DNA of 64,000 bases. Source: Epithemia pelagica. Lineage: Eukaryota > Protista > Bacillariophyta. A model generated the notes under the pieces. That model saw only the letters and a list, made by a program, of their open reading frames with translations, was not told the origin of the DNA and made no database searches. Location of the stretch: contig OX337232.1 in the NCBI GenBank assembly GCA_946965045.2, positions 1,488,001 through 1,552,000 of the forward strand, read 5' to 3'. Below are positions 21,312 through 33,513 of this stretch, in pieces (position 1 is the first letter of the stretch; the number at the start of each line of letters is the position of its first letter). The translations under genes and the position numbers were made by a program.

Positions 21312-22942
21312 ATGGTGGTGTCCGCCTCGTCGTCGTCGTCGTCATCGTCGTCTTCGTCTTTGCTGGGCGACGACAGGGTCAAAGAATCATGCTCGGAACC
21401 AAGAACGATCCATGATGATTCGCCGTCGGCTGGAACGGCAATGATTGTGGAGGCAGCACCTTCTCCCACCAACACGAACGACAGCCACCCTTCCGACCAC
21501 CAACCACAAGAAGAACAACCAGAGATACCGTCTTCGAGTTTGAAGAACGACACGGCTTTGCAAGCAGATGGAGATTCTCTTCATGGTCTACCAGATAAGT
21601 TCGATCCAGAGTCTGCAGATTCTTCCAAGCCAACTGTTCTTCCCAGTCTCGCGTTGGACAACAATGGGACCATTGAAACAAATCAGATGGTGGAAGGTTC
21701 CCCATTGGAACAACCAAGTAGACCGCAGTCATTGACAGGGAAGCGGAAACGTGTTGGTGATAGTTCGGGATCGGTCGAACCAGTCATGGAGGACGAATCC
21801 AAACAAAGCAACGAACCACTGGGTTCCGTCGAACACGGATACTTCTTGTTGGTCAACCAACCCATTTCCTTTCATCCGGAAAAACCATGGTCCACAATAG
21901 AACAGGAGGATGGCAAGGAAACAGGTACTGGTTGGTGGAATCAACTCTTGAATTATGCGAAACTGTCGTGGCAGTCGGTCGACATTGTTCATGGTGGTCA
22001 CACACCCACCAGTCCACCAAACGCACACGAGAAGGAAAATGGCCAAGAGGTTCATGGCAGTCGTGAAGGTAGTCCATACCAGAGTGACCACAATGACGAT
22101 TGCGTGGATGAAACACAAAGAAACCACAAGGACATTCAACCCATTTCCGTGACCTGTCACACAACTGGTCCTCCTCCACGTTTGTCGTTGGATTGGTCTC
22201 TGGTGGCTCGATTTGATGGCCTGGTGGAATCCTCCACGTCGTCGTCCAAAGGATCAGACCGGAGTAGCGAACGCAACAACAACAAGCGCAACAACCATTC
22301 TCTGGATTCCAATTCACAGGCGTGTCAGAACCATTCGTCACGACTATCCGATCTGGCTTGTGTCCTGGGTATGCTCAAAGAGTTTCCAGACTTGGTGTCC
22401 CTTGGCTCATTGCAAATTCTCGTCATGTCACCACCGCCGTCCAGCTCGAATGAGTCGAGTGGTTCCAGCGATATTTCGAAGGACGGCTCGTTGGATTTGG
22501 AGTGTGCCATTGTTGTCACGGTGAGATTTCCTCACTTAACATCCACCACCACCAGCACATTAGACGCTACCAGACAAGGAGCGAAACGAAAGAAAGCGCC
22601 TTGTTCCAATAGCAGCAGGAAACGTATTCTCCCCATGGGAGATCGTGCCACAAAGAGTAATAAGATGGTACTGCCATGTGCGCTTCAAGTACTCTTGCAA
22701 ACCATTCGTTGTGATTGGAAACACTTGGATCACGTCATGAAAACCTTGTTGTTGTTACCAGCTCCCCACACTGGACACGGTCCCCTTCCACCACCACCTC
22801 CATACACACCGCATGGACAAGGGCAACAACAACGAGGACGACGATGGTTTCCCACCCACATCTCACTGGAAGAGTTGTATCGAAGCATGGAATGTTCACG
22901 TGGACCGCGACTCCTGCCATTCGACGACACTCGACACCATTC

Positions 22943-22991
<49 letters not shown>

Positions 22992-25900
22992 GAATGTCCA
23001 TTGGTTCGCTTGATCCCGCAAGAAATTTTGACCCAGCGCATTGCACCCTATCTACGAGCGCGGTCCTTGGATGCCTTGAGACGGACCTGCCACTATTTGC
23101 GTCATGTCTGTCAAGGCATTGTACCAGGCCTAGTTGTTGGATCCACAACAACATCATCTTTAACACATGGACCACAACACCAACAACCACACATGTTGCT
23201 GCGTCTGTATCAACATCAAGTATCGTCCTTGGCGTGGATGCGACAACGAGAAACCAGGGCATGGACAGAACTGGATTGTCTGACAGGAATACCCAACAAA
23301 CAGGGGTCGCAGCATGTGGGTGACCCTCCGGCTTGTCATGTCGATGGAGATGCACATCGTGCCGTCACAGCGGGACAATCTACCCTGTTGCAAACTCGAA
23401 ATGGGACGTGGGTGTGTCGCCTCGATTCCACCACGGGTAAGGAACTGAACCTTTCGGAATCGTCCCTCCAACAGCGGCGTCGAGCCATTGCTCGTGGAGG
23501 ATTGTTGGCAGGTAAGTAGCTTTTTGTAACACTAGAACGCGGCGTCCTTTTCGTGATCCAATTGCCTCACACAGTTGATGCTTGTGCCTATTTCTACCGA
23601 ACTGGGTTCTATCATATTATTGGAGACAGACGAACCAGGACTGGGCAAGACCATTACAGTCCTTTCGCTAATTTTGCAAACCAGTGGTTTGACCGTCCTC
23701 AAAGAGGAAAGTGCACCAGCTACCAATGCATCGCCGATTACAGAGCAAGAAGAGATATTTCGAGCCTATTGGCAGGAATCAATGCCACCCGACTTTCGTC
23801 GATCCTCTCTTTTGTCGTTGGTAAACCGATTTGCACAGCAAGACAAGTTGGCAATTTACGTTCCCGTTACGCATGTGAAAAAGAAGATTCAAACAAATGT
23901 CTATGTGGAATTTGAACCATTTCAACAGGATATGCTGTACGTTGTGTTGATGTTTCTTTCGAAACAGAAGTGATATTGTCTTGTCTCACAAAGACCCGTT
24001 GTTTTCTTCTCTCCAGGGATGTCATTGGTACAACCTTTCCCTCCGATCGAGATCAAGAATGTCAAACCAACGGTGAGCGCTTGAAAAACCACTTTTTGCG
24101 GTTGGTACAAAGCTTCAAGCAGAAACAGCATCTTTCTGCAGTTCGATCGAGTTCCAAGAGTCGACTTGACTCGACCGTGGCTGCTCTTTGTGAAGCCCAC
24201 GAACGTAAAAAGTTCCTCGACTCTTTGATGCCTTCCAAAGGTACACTCATTGTTGTTCCATTTGTATTGCTGGATCACTGGAGGGTAAGTGTCATATTTT
24301 GTCGTTTCCACAGGAGAGGGATTTTCTCTGGCAACCGCACGCAGCGTTCTCATACTATAGACTTATGAACGATCTTAAATGTCCAGGATCAAATACAAAC
24401 ACATGTTGATTTCTCCTACTTGACGGCCAAGGAGCCCTTGATTTTTGAATACGACGTGTCATGTGGAGCCGAAGCCATGCAGAGAATGGTGGACAAGGTG
24501 CGGAACTACGAGGCGTACGAGCCGCTCGTGTTTATTGACCGCATGACGACCAAACCGCTGCCGGATGCCGATATTCTAGGATCCTTTCAGATTGTAATTA
24601 CATCCAACAATCGATTCATGCATGAGTGGAAGAATGGGTCGTTCCAGGAAGAAGTCAAAAGAGTATCTCAAGAAGCCGGAAGTGGTGGTATTCCTGCCTA
24701 TTTTACTACTGTTGACAATTTTCATCGAATTGGCTCACCTTGTTCGTTGCTCAAAGTTCATTGGTTACGATTGATTGTGGACGAGGGACACTCGATGGGT
24801 CGTTCGCAACAGAACTCGAGTGTTAAGTTTGCTTCATGGATATCGGCAGAACGGAGATGGGCCATGACCGGAACTCCAACCAAGCATGGGACTGGGGCTA
24901 TTGGACAGATATTTGCTTTGTTGAGTTTTTTACAACATGACTTTTTCACACAACGATGCGATGGGGAATCTCACTGGAGAAACAGCATTGCCAGACCATG
25001 GAAGCTGGGGGATCTATCGGGTTTCTTCCGGCTCCGGTCGTTGTTGAGCGTGTTAATGAAGAGACATACCAAGGCCGACATTGTTGAGTTGCCACCTGCT
25101 CCGTTACAGACCTGCACTGCAGTCCCGATGTCATCTTCTGAAGTGGAGACATACAACAGCATTGCAACGGCCGTTCAAACAAATCTCGTCCTCACTTCCC
25201 TCACTGATGATGGATGGCAGGATTCTCTCTTTCATGTTTCCAATCGGAAACACGCAGCATTGGCACTTGCCAACTTGCGCAGAGTTTGTGTGGGATATTC
25301 TCGAGTTATCCCCACTCTTGCTGACAAAGCCTGGAACGAGACGATTGAACTATCAGATAAGTATGGGCTTTCGGAAGAGGCAAAGCAGAATGTACGAAAT
25401 TTCATGGCGAGAGCCATCAGGGGGGACCTCTCTGTCTGCGACTGTTGTGGAATAAACCTTACGGTGCACCTAGTTACACCTTGTTGCGGCACCCTCATTT
25501 GCACGGACTGCGTCAATACCGATATTGACTCCAACAACTGTATTGAGTGCTTGATTTGCTTACGGTCCTTTGATGTCAACACACTCCAACGCTTCCAGCC
25601 AGGATTTGTCATGGAATGGGTTGAAAATCTTCAGGAAAATGTGACAAGACGTAATACAGACAAAAGAGCTACAGCGAGTGAAGCATCATCCCTTCCTCTC
25701 GCCCATTTGCATGGTAATGGAATGGGGGGAGGAGCATTTTCTCATCCTTTACAACAGCGACGACCCACACGAAAGTTCGGCGACGGACATGAGTGCAAAT
25801 ACGACCAGTGCTCTGTGAGTGGCCGGTGTACGTTGTGTTTCGCTGAACACGACTGCAACTTAGTTTCCACAGGACGGTGTAACGTCTGCTACCGATTGGC

Positions 25901-26855
25901 AATAGAATGCCCCGAAGAAGAATCCAAATCGTCTTATTTGGTAAGCAAACTGCTTCACCTAGCAAGATCCCACAAGAACTGTTCCTCCGATAATCGGCCC
26001 TTGAAAGTTATTGTATTCTCGCAGTACAGAGCTGCCTTGAATTTAACAGGTTCCCACATGCTCCGTCGATTCGGTGCCGCTTGCGTGGCCGAGTATTGGG
26101 GCAGGTATCGCACGCAAGAACTCCGCAAATTTGCGCAAAGTGATGAATGCTTCTGCATGTTGCTTGGAAAGGACGGAAGCGAAGGCTTGGACTTGAGTTT
26201 TGTCACCCGTAAGTTTGAAGAATGACTGAAAACAAATGTTGCAAATGCAACATAATGTTACTGATCAATACATGTTTGCATCTATGGTTGTTTTGTTTTT
26301 CCAGACATTTTCTTTTTGGAAGAGATTTGGGATCGTTCGTTGGCCGATCAGACTGTGTCTCGAGCTTGGCGCATGGGTGCTCGCGGGCGTGTCCAAGTGG
26401 AAACACTGGTGGCCGAGAATAGCGTCGAAGAGACCATGGCCGAGTATGAACAATCAACGTTTCATCGCAGTGACGACCGGACCGCAGTGGAAATGTCCTC
26501 CTCCAAGGAGTACTTGGCCGCCAAAACGCACGCCTTGTTGCGGTCCTTGCGGTATATGACCAACTTTCAGAGCTTTCACGCGAGCAATTCGCAGATACAA
26601 GGCACAGTCCACAATGTTCCCTCGACGGTTAAGCAAGAGGATTCATCAACAACAGTACCATCTCCTGTAAGTCGATTGCAGGACCTGAACGAGAAATGGA
26701 ACCGTTCGTATAATTGCCATGAGAGATGGAGTGGAAACGATCGTGATACAAGTTCTCTTGGTAAAGGACTATCTGAACGACGACATGTCACGTTCGAAAA
26801 ACCCAAGAGCGAATCACATGTCAAATTAGACAGAATCAAGAGTGAAGAAACCTAG
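21312..26855 (+). CDS. F-box + SNF2 helicase + RING-like protein; exons 21312-23511, 23630-23936, 24017-24284, 24387-26208, 26305-26855
   Basis: Splicing restores GGLLAD-EPGLGKT (motif I), LLDHWR-DQI, DEGH, MTGTP and EGLDLSFVT-HIF...SRAWRMG. F-box-like LIPQEILTQRIAPYL...LRRTC; Cys-rich RING-like region. Confidence 0.85.
22944..22991 (+). repeat. (CAA)16 microsatellite encoding polyQ
   Basis: Pure CAA run within exon 1 of the SNF2 gene. Confidence 0.95.
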
Positions 26856-27004
26856 GTGTAGACAGGACATTGTGACCTACCGTATGGGTTAAGTGCATGG
26901 TTGTTGCTCTTTCAAGGTTTTTGTTAACTTCATTCAACTAGCTAGCTAGCTCTTATTACCATGGACGCTGCAAGGGTTTCCGAAACCCCTCGTGTTTGTT
27001 TTGT

Positions 27005-28027
27005 TCAATGGTCCTTTTTCTGGTTGTTGCTCTTCATATCGGGGTCGAGTTGATTGACCATTTGAATCAAGTCTCGGACCGATTTATGCACAAGTTCTTG
27101 TTGAGATTGTCGATCTTCGACAGTTGTCAATGGTATCGTATTGTCCTTTAGCAAGAATGGATACTGAACGCCATGTTTGGAACAGTAGTACAGCAAGTGT
27201 TTCTTTTCAAGCTCATCATAGCAGGTCCAAATGGTGGCAGTTTTGGGAGTGGTGGCGGTAGCCGGTTCCTCGTCTCTGCTGTTGTGCTTGGTATCATTCT
27301 TGGAGTGTGTAGAGGATGCACTCTCAGTATTCTCGTCCTTCTCTTTGGTGTTCTCATGGAGCATGGAATTCTTCTTATTGTTAGAGGAGGAGTCAGGGGG
27401 TGTCATGGTCGTCGACGACGATGACAAGACAAAGGTTCCGTCACGATGAATCTGCAACCGTTGCAAGGAATGACGCACAATCCAATCGGCATGGTTTTGT
27501 TGCAGATACAACAGGACCATATTGGACAATGGATGCACATAGACGGGTTGCAACAACCTCTGCGGCGAAGGGACGTGCTTTTTGGAAGAAGCTGATGAGG
27601 ATGAGCTCTTGCCGTCATCGTCTTTGTTCTGCAATGGTTTGGCACTCCTGCCTTGGGATATGGTTGTTGCACGAGACTCTTGTCGTCCAGGTTCCAATAG
27701 CAAAACATCAGTTTGGTTCGTGACTGTGCTGGTGGAAGTGGCAGGGGAGGACGACACAAGGGGAGTGTCGTTGGTTTTGGAGCTCATGGTGTGACGATTC
27801 GCGGTCGTCTCTTCCAAAGTGAGGGAGGATTGTTTGAGACTGGCATCAGTGTTGTTGTTGTTGTTGATGCTTGTCCGGTTGGTCGTTGTAGTGGTACCTT
27901 GTCCGGAAGACGAGGATGACAAGAGCCTTTGAAAAGAACGAAAATGAGACGCTTGGCGCATCTTCGTCCTTCTTTCCATGGAAATAAAGAGATGCCGTGG
28001 TTGGATTGACATCGCAACTGTCCTCAT
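27005..28027 (-). CDS. Hypothetical protein with an N-terminus resembling a mitochondrial transit peptide
   Basis: Long ORF with ATG at 28027 and an Arg/Ser-rich N-terminus (MRQASHFRSFQRLLSS). One ordered block, PVYVHPLSNMVLLYLQ...RDGTFVL. Confidence 0.6.
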   Translation of the reverse strand: MRTVAMSIQPRHLFISMERRTKMRQASHFRSFQRLLSSSSSGQGTTTTTNRTSINNNNNTDASLKQSSLTLEETTANRHTMSSKTNDTPLVSSSPATSTSTVTNQTDVLLLEPGRQESRATTISQGRSAKPLQNKDDDGKSSSSSASSKKHVPSPQRLLQPVYVHPLSNMVLLYLQQNHADWIVRHSLQRLQIHRDGTFVLSSSSTTMTPPDSSSNNKKNSMLHENTKEKDENTESASSTHSKNDTKHNSRDEEPATATTPKTATIWTCYDELEKKHLLYYCSKHGVQYPFLLKDNTIPLTTVEDRQSQQELVHKSVRDLIQMVNQLDPDMKSNNQKKDH

Positions 28028-28921
28028 GTTTCTTGTTTTATTTTTTAGCAAGGGCACGGAGAAAAGATACGACGGTTGGAGCTTACAACGAGAGTGGCCT
28101 GGCTCCTTTCTATGGATATTTTCTCTGAAAGGAGGGCCTTTTCCTGTCAAGGACATTCACAGCGATGGCTCTTTTGGAAAGTCTTTTTCACCACCGTGCC
28201 TCACTTCTATTCTTATTGCACAGAATGCCGTGATTGTGTTTCGTCTTGTTGGACTCTCAATCAACAAGAAGGTCGGCTTGTTGCTTGTTGATCCCAATAT
28301 ATCCCAATGGCAATTGGCCCATCTGCAATTCGGATCTGTTTTTCGGCAAAATCCGTGACATTCATTTGGTCTTGATTTTGGTCCTGCTTTGATCTTGCGC
28401 GGCAGGCGATCCGCGCTGTTCACCTGACCCTCAAAATCCGGACCGGATACGATTACCTACCGAAGGTAGTTCTACAAAACAGAGGAAAGGATCGCATTGT
28501 CGATGGATCTGAGTAAAAGTTCATTTTCCAAAACCCAAATGATATCCCGAGTCTTTTTTCCTCACATGTTTTCGTGTTCTGGATTTTGAATCCAATGCAA
28601 GTCTGGAAGGCCTTCTATCTTCGATGATTGCTTGACTTCATCCATGCGGAAAGGGACAACAATCAACACCAGACCTACTTCTACAGCTCAACTGTAACAA
28701 CAATGCTGATAATGAAGCAGACATCGATATTCGATGTACATGAACGCGAAAAGGATACCGCGGAAAAGACCGACCGGGCGTCTTTTCCGTGACTGAAGCA
28801 GTCATGCTTCTGAAAAATTATCCATTAATCCTATAAGGTTAGGGATTGAGTTTCCAACCGCCAACCGCCACAGTTGTCTTTCATTGAGAAATTTTCGTGC
28901 CCACATTATTTATCTCCCACC

Positions 28922-31900
28922 ATGAAGGTTACCCAACGGCACATGACCGTTTGGTTTCTTTTGCTTCCTCTCTGCGCAACGGGAGAACCAATATCTAATC
29001 CCTACATCCCTTTTCGAACTTCACCGTTTGACCAAAGTGGATTTATTCATCACGAAATCACATTTCCCCCTGAACACAAACGAAGCAAAATCTTCCACAG
29101 CGGATCGACCAAACATGATCACTGTCCACTTCATTTTTCTCTTGGTATTAGCAAGCGGTGGCATGAAAATCTCGAAGGACCGGCCATTAACAATCCACCT
29201 ATAATCCGCACAGTCTTTCCAGCAGCTGGTCCTGGAAAACAAGTTGTATACTTGACGCAGTACGAGCATTTGGATTTGCTGTCGCCTGCCTTTTACGAAC
29301 ACAAAGAGGGACGAGCAGTGCAAGAAGCGCTCTTGCAAGCACCTCAGTTTCCACTACTTTGGGAATCAAGTTCATTTCATGGGTCCCCCGTTCTCCACGA
29401 TGTGAATGGAGACGGAATCATGGATGTCATTGTTGCAGGTACGTACTCATGTTTGGGATCGAACACTATGTAATATTGGAGTAAAAGCCAGCTAACTCGA
29501 GTTTTGACCATTTCTGACGTTTGTGTTTGACTTAGATTATGATGGAGGCATATCCATCATGGCATTGGCACAGGAACCAGGCAAAAGTCGCTACTTTCAT
29601 CATTTTCAAGTACCACGTCTATACGTTCGTCGGAATTGGATTGAAAGCAGGATCATGAAAGAAGTGAATGGAACCCAGACGGAAGCTGATGATTCACATA
29701 GAGATCCCTACCATTCGTACTTTGAGTACTACTCTTCCGATAACAATGAAGAGCATATTCTACGCGGTGTCGCTGCGAATGTCCTGGATCAGGACGAGTC
29801 GTCCGCAAAATCACTTCAGGAGAGAAGAGGTCGCAGGGTGTCTCATTTGGACGATGTCAAACCTGTAATCGAAGAACACAAAAAGAATAATGAAGAAGAA
29901 AATAATGCAGATGAGCCTGCTACTGGTAGCTTCCTGTCCCAAGCCAAAACTGAAGAAGAAAAGATTCGCCAAGCAGAGTTTGCCGAAGAACTGAAACGTA
30001 GACATCAAGAAGAGCAGGCCAGCGAAAATCAAGAAAACCGTCATCAAGATAAACAACGGGAGCAGTTGCTTGATCAGAGACAAAAGCTGGAGAAACAAAT
30101 GCATTTGGGGACTGAAGCAGACAAGTCTCAACAAGCAAATCTTATGGAAGAGCTCAAACGCCGACAAGAGGAAGAGCTTGCCGTTGAAACTACGGACCAT
30201 ACCCATCAAGATGAACAGCGAAAGGAATTGTTAAATTTAGAAGAGCATAAACATGTGACGACTCAAGCCGATAAGGTTCAACAAGCAGAACTTGCTGAAG
30301 AACTCAAGCACAGACAAGCAGAGGAACTTGCCGTTGAAACTACCGATTACATTCTTCATGAGGAGCAGCGAGAGAAATTGCTCGGTCCAGATCAGCACAA
30401 ACATGTGACGGCCGAAGCCGATAAACTTCAACAAACAGAACTAACTGAAGAACTTAAGCACAGAAAGGAAGAGGAGCTTACGCTTGAGAAAAAGGAACAC
30501 GCGCATCAAGAGGAACAACGAGAGGAATTGCTGGATCTAGATAAGCACAGACATGCCACGACCGAAGCCGATAAAGTTCAACAAACAGAACTTACTAAAG
30601 AACTCAAGCACAGACATGAAGAGGATCTTGCGATTGAGAACAAGGAACACGCGCACCAAGAGGAGAAGAGAGAGGAATTGATAGATCTCGATGAGCACAA
30701 ACATGTGACGACCGAAGCAGATAAAGTTCAACAAACAGAATTCACTGAAGAACTAAAGCACAGAAAGGAAGAGGAGCGAGCGATTGAGAACAAGGAACAC
30801 GCTCACCAAGAGGAGAAGAGAGAGGAATTGATAGATCTAGATGAGCACAAACATGTGACGACCGAAGCAGATAAGGTTCAACAAACGGAATTCACTGAAG
30901 AACTAAAGCACAGAAAGGAAGAGGAGCGTGCGATTGAGAACAAGGAACATGCGCACCAAGATGAGAAGCGAAAGGAGCTACTCGATGTGGAGCAGAACAT
31001 CTCTCCCGCCGATGACCTTCGCAGTCAACTGGAGCGTGCCCTTGCGAATACCGAAGCGAGCGACCACACCCGTTATCAGGAAAACGAGCCACTGAAACTC
31101 ACTGAGAATCAGGTTTTGACACGAGAAAACGAGGCACACATCCACAATGATCAGGAGCTCGGAGAAGCGGAAATGACACACCGCCGTTTGGAAGAGCTCA
31201 TCGGGACAGATGACATGCAGTATATCGACGATGGATTACTGACGAAAGGTACTGCTGATGACATGTTTCCTGATACAGACGATGGAATTGATTCTGAGGG
31301 AATGGATTTGGGGAAAACAGGAAAAGAAGACGATGAATTGCCTCCGCCGTATTTAGATGATGACGCGAATTACGGACGTGAACGAGTAAGTCCTTTTTTC
31401 AATGGGTATTTTTTTGAATTTTCCCATCATGTTCTCAACATCTATTCTGCTGGTCTCTTAGTATGATGACGATTATCGAAGGTACACTGGTTATGATGAC
31501 TACTATGGTGACTATCGTAAGTGTTGACGGATATGAAGCTACATGAGATTGGTCCGATTCTAATGTTTGCTTGCTCTACCAGATCACGATGACTACTATG
31601 ATGACAAACATTATATTCGAATCCCTCCTCATGTTCTGACTACACCTGTCCTCGTTGAGATGCCGCGTCTATATGGGAATAACGAGATTGATGAGCTTCT
31701 CTTGGTCGCTGCCACCTACTATTTTGATGAAGATGAGTACGAAGGCCGGTTTTCTTACAAACGGTTCAGTGGTAGTGACCATGGAGACGAAACCGAACTG
31801 AAGCGTGGCATGTACGTTGCCAGCGCCATACTAGCCTACAACCTCGAGCATGGTGGTCGATGGTCTTCACAGACCCATTTGGAACTAAGCACAGACTTTT

Positions 31901-33381
31901 CGTCCCCAGAGAATGCTACTCTTGTGGGGACAATCCCGATCAAGGCAGACATTACTGAAATGGGGGCTTTTGCGCTGGCTAGTCCAACGGTTGCTGACAT
32001 TGATGGTGACGGGACTCTCGATGTCCTGCTTGGCACCTCGATGGGTCTTTTGTACGCATTGGATTGTAGAAATCTTTTCAAGAAAGAGAATTGGCCCATT
32101 CAGATGAAGAACCCAATCGAATCTCGCCCGCTAGTCGAAGACGTGGTGGGCGACACAAATCTTGAGGTGTTCGTTGTTGATATTGGTGGCATCGTGGCGT
32201 GTTATTCGCACGAAGGAAAGCTCATCTGGAGCCGGGATATTCTAAGCTCACTAGGCTTTGGTAAATCCATAACTGGAGCAAGCCCTATGTCCCTCGGAGA
32301 CGTTGATGGTGACGGATACCTTGATCTTGTAATGACGGTGGAAGTTAACGGTCGATGGCTGGTTCTTGCGTTTCAGGCAGCAAGCGGCAATGACTTGAAA
32401 AACTTTCCAATTGAGCTTGAAAAGCTACGGAAGGCCGGAAAATTCAAGAACAGGGAGAGTGATGAAAAGAAAGAACGCACACGCCTAGCGCAACCCTTGT
32501 TGGTGGATCTTCATGCCGACCAACATTATATTCTCGATTACATTCGGCGTGGTTCCCAAGCTTTCAGACGAGAAGTCGACATCGCACCAAGCGAATACCC
32601 GCAAGGAGGGTCTTCTGCTGGGATCCACATCGTGCAACCTATGGAAAAGCAATTGTACATTGTAGAGGGTGGATCTGGTTGTACACAAAAGGTTGTGATA
32701 GGTGAAGAAATAGGCACCATGGTTGGAGTTGATGACATCCACGGAACGAACCATTTGGACCTTCTTGTTGCTACCAAGGAGGGAAATATTGTAACACTTG
32801 AATCGTCTGCGAACTATCATCCGCTTAACACGTGGACCGGGGGAGATGTACGAGGGAAAAACTCTCATACTCATGGGTACAGCGCATCACAAGGCATATT
32901 CGTCCACGAGGTTAGTCGACAGTACAAAGACATATTTGGTGTCTATGTCCCAGTCACTTTCGAAGTATTCGACAACCGTCCAAACATCGATCAGGAACCG
33001 GGGAAACGGATATACAAAATTGAAGTTCGAGATGGGTCGTCCTCACAACGGACTCTTCATAGAGTTGAAGTCCAGCAACCTGGAGTGTACACGGAGCGCA
33101 TTTATGTTCGATTCGGCCCGGGATATTATAATCTCTGTGTTCTTATGAGTACCTCTCATGGCATTACGTACGAGGACTGCTTTGCGACAGGATACAACGT
33201 ACATTTTATGGCTGGATTTGGAGTAATGCTGTGGCTTCCACTGTTGGTTTCTTTTGTCACAATTCTGTTGTGCGGTGTCAGTAAGAAGGGGAATTGGGAC
33301 GACGAAGACGGTGCCGAGGACGAACAAGAGAGCCGTGACAACCGCAGTCTTGGCATCTTGGGTAGAGCACTTCCTACCTAA
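28922..33381 (+). CDS. DEX1-like FG-GAP/integrin-alpha beta-propeller type-I membrane protein; exons 28922-29438, 29536-31385, 31462-31516, 31583-33381
   Basis: Signal peptide; Ca-binding loops DVNGDGIMD, DIDGDGTLD and DVDGDGYLD; C-terminal TM helix. All three GT-AG introns keep the frame. Confidence 0.82.
29949..30990 (+). repeat. Coding tandem repeat, about 7 copies of a 150-bp (50-aa) unit
   Basis: Unit starts at 30111, 30261, 30411, 30561, 30711 and 30861, plus a degenerate copy at 29949. Consensus TTEADKVQQTELTEELKHRKEEELAIENKEHAHQEEKREELIDLDEHKHV. Confidence 0.92.
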
Positions 33382-33513
33382 TTTCGTCCTACTTTAGTCA
33401 TGTCATTGAATGTGATGTCTAGAGAGCTATCCTACCCTTGAGATCTGGGGTAGAGCATACTTCCTGTCATCCAGATCAGAATGTGACGTCTAGAGAGTTA
33501 TCCTACCCTTGAG
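33356..33513. repeat. Degenerate tandem duplication spanning the stop codons of two convergent genes
   Basis: GTGAYGTCTAGAGAGYTATCCTACCCTTGAG occurs at about 33412 and 33483. GGGTAGAGCA(TA)CTTCCT occurs at about 33360 and 33448. Confidence 0.75.

Noticed and set aside
29949-30990. Regularly spaced repeats as a possible CRISPR array
   Set aside because: They are contiguous in-frame coding units with no unique spacers, in a eukaryotic gene with no cas genes nearby.
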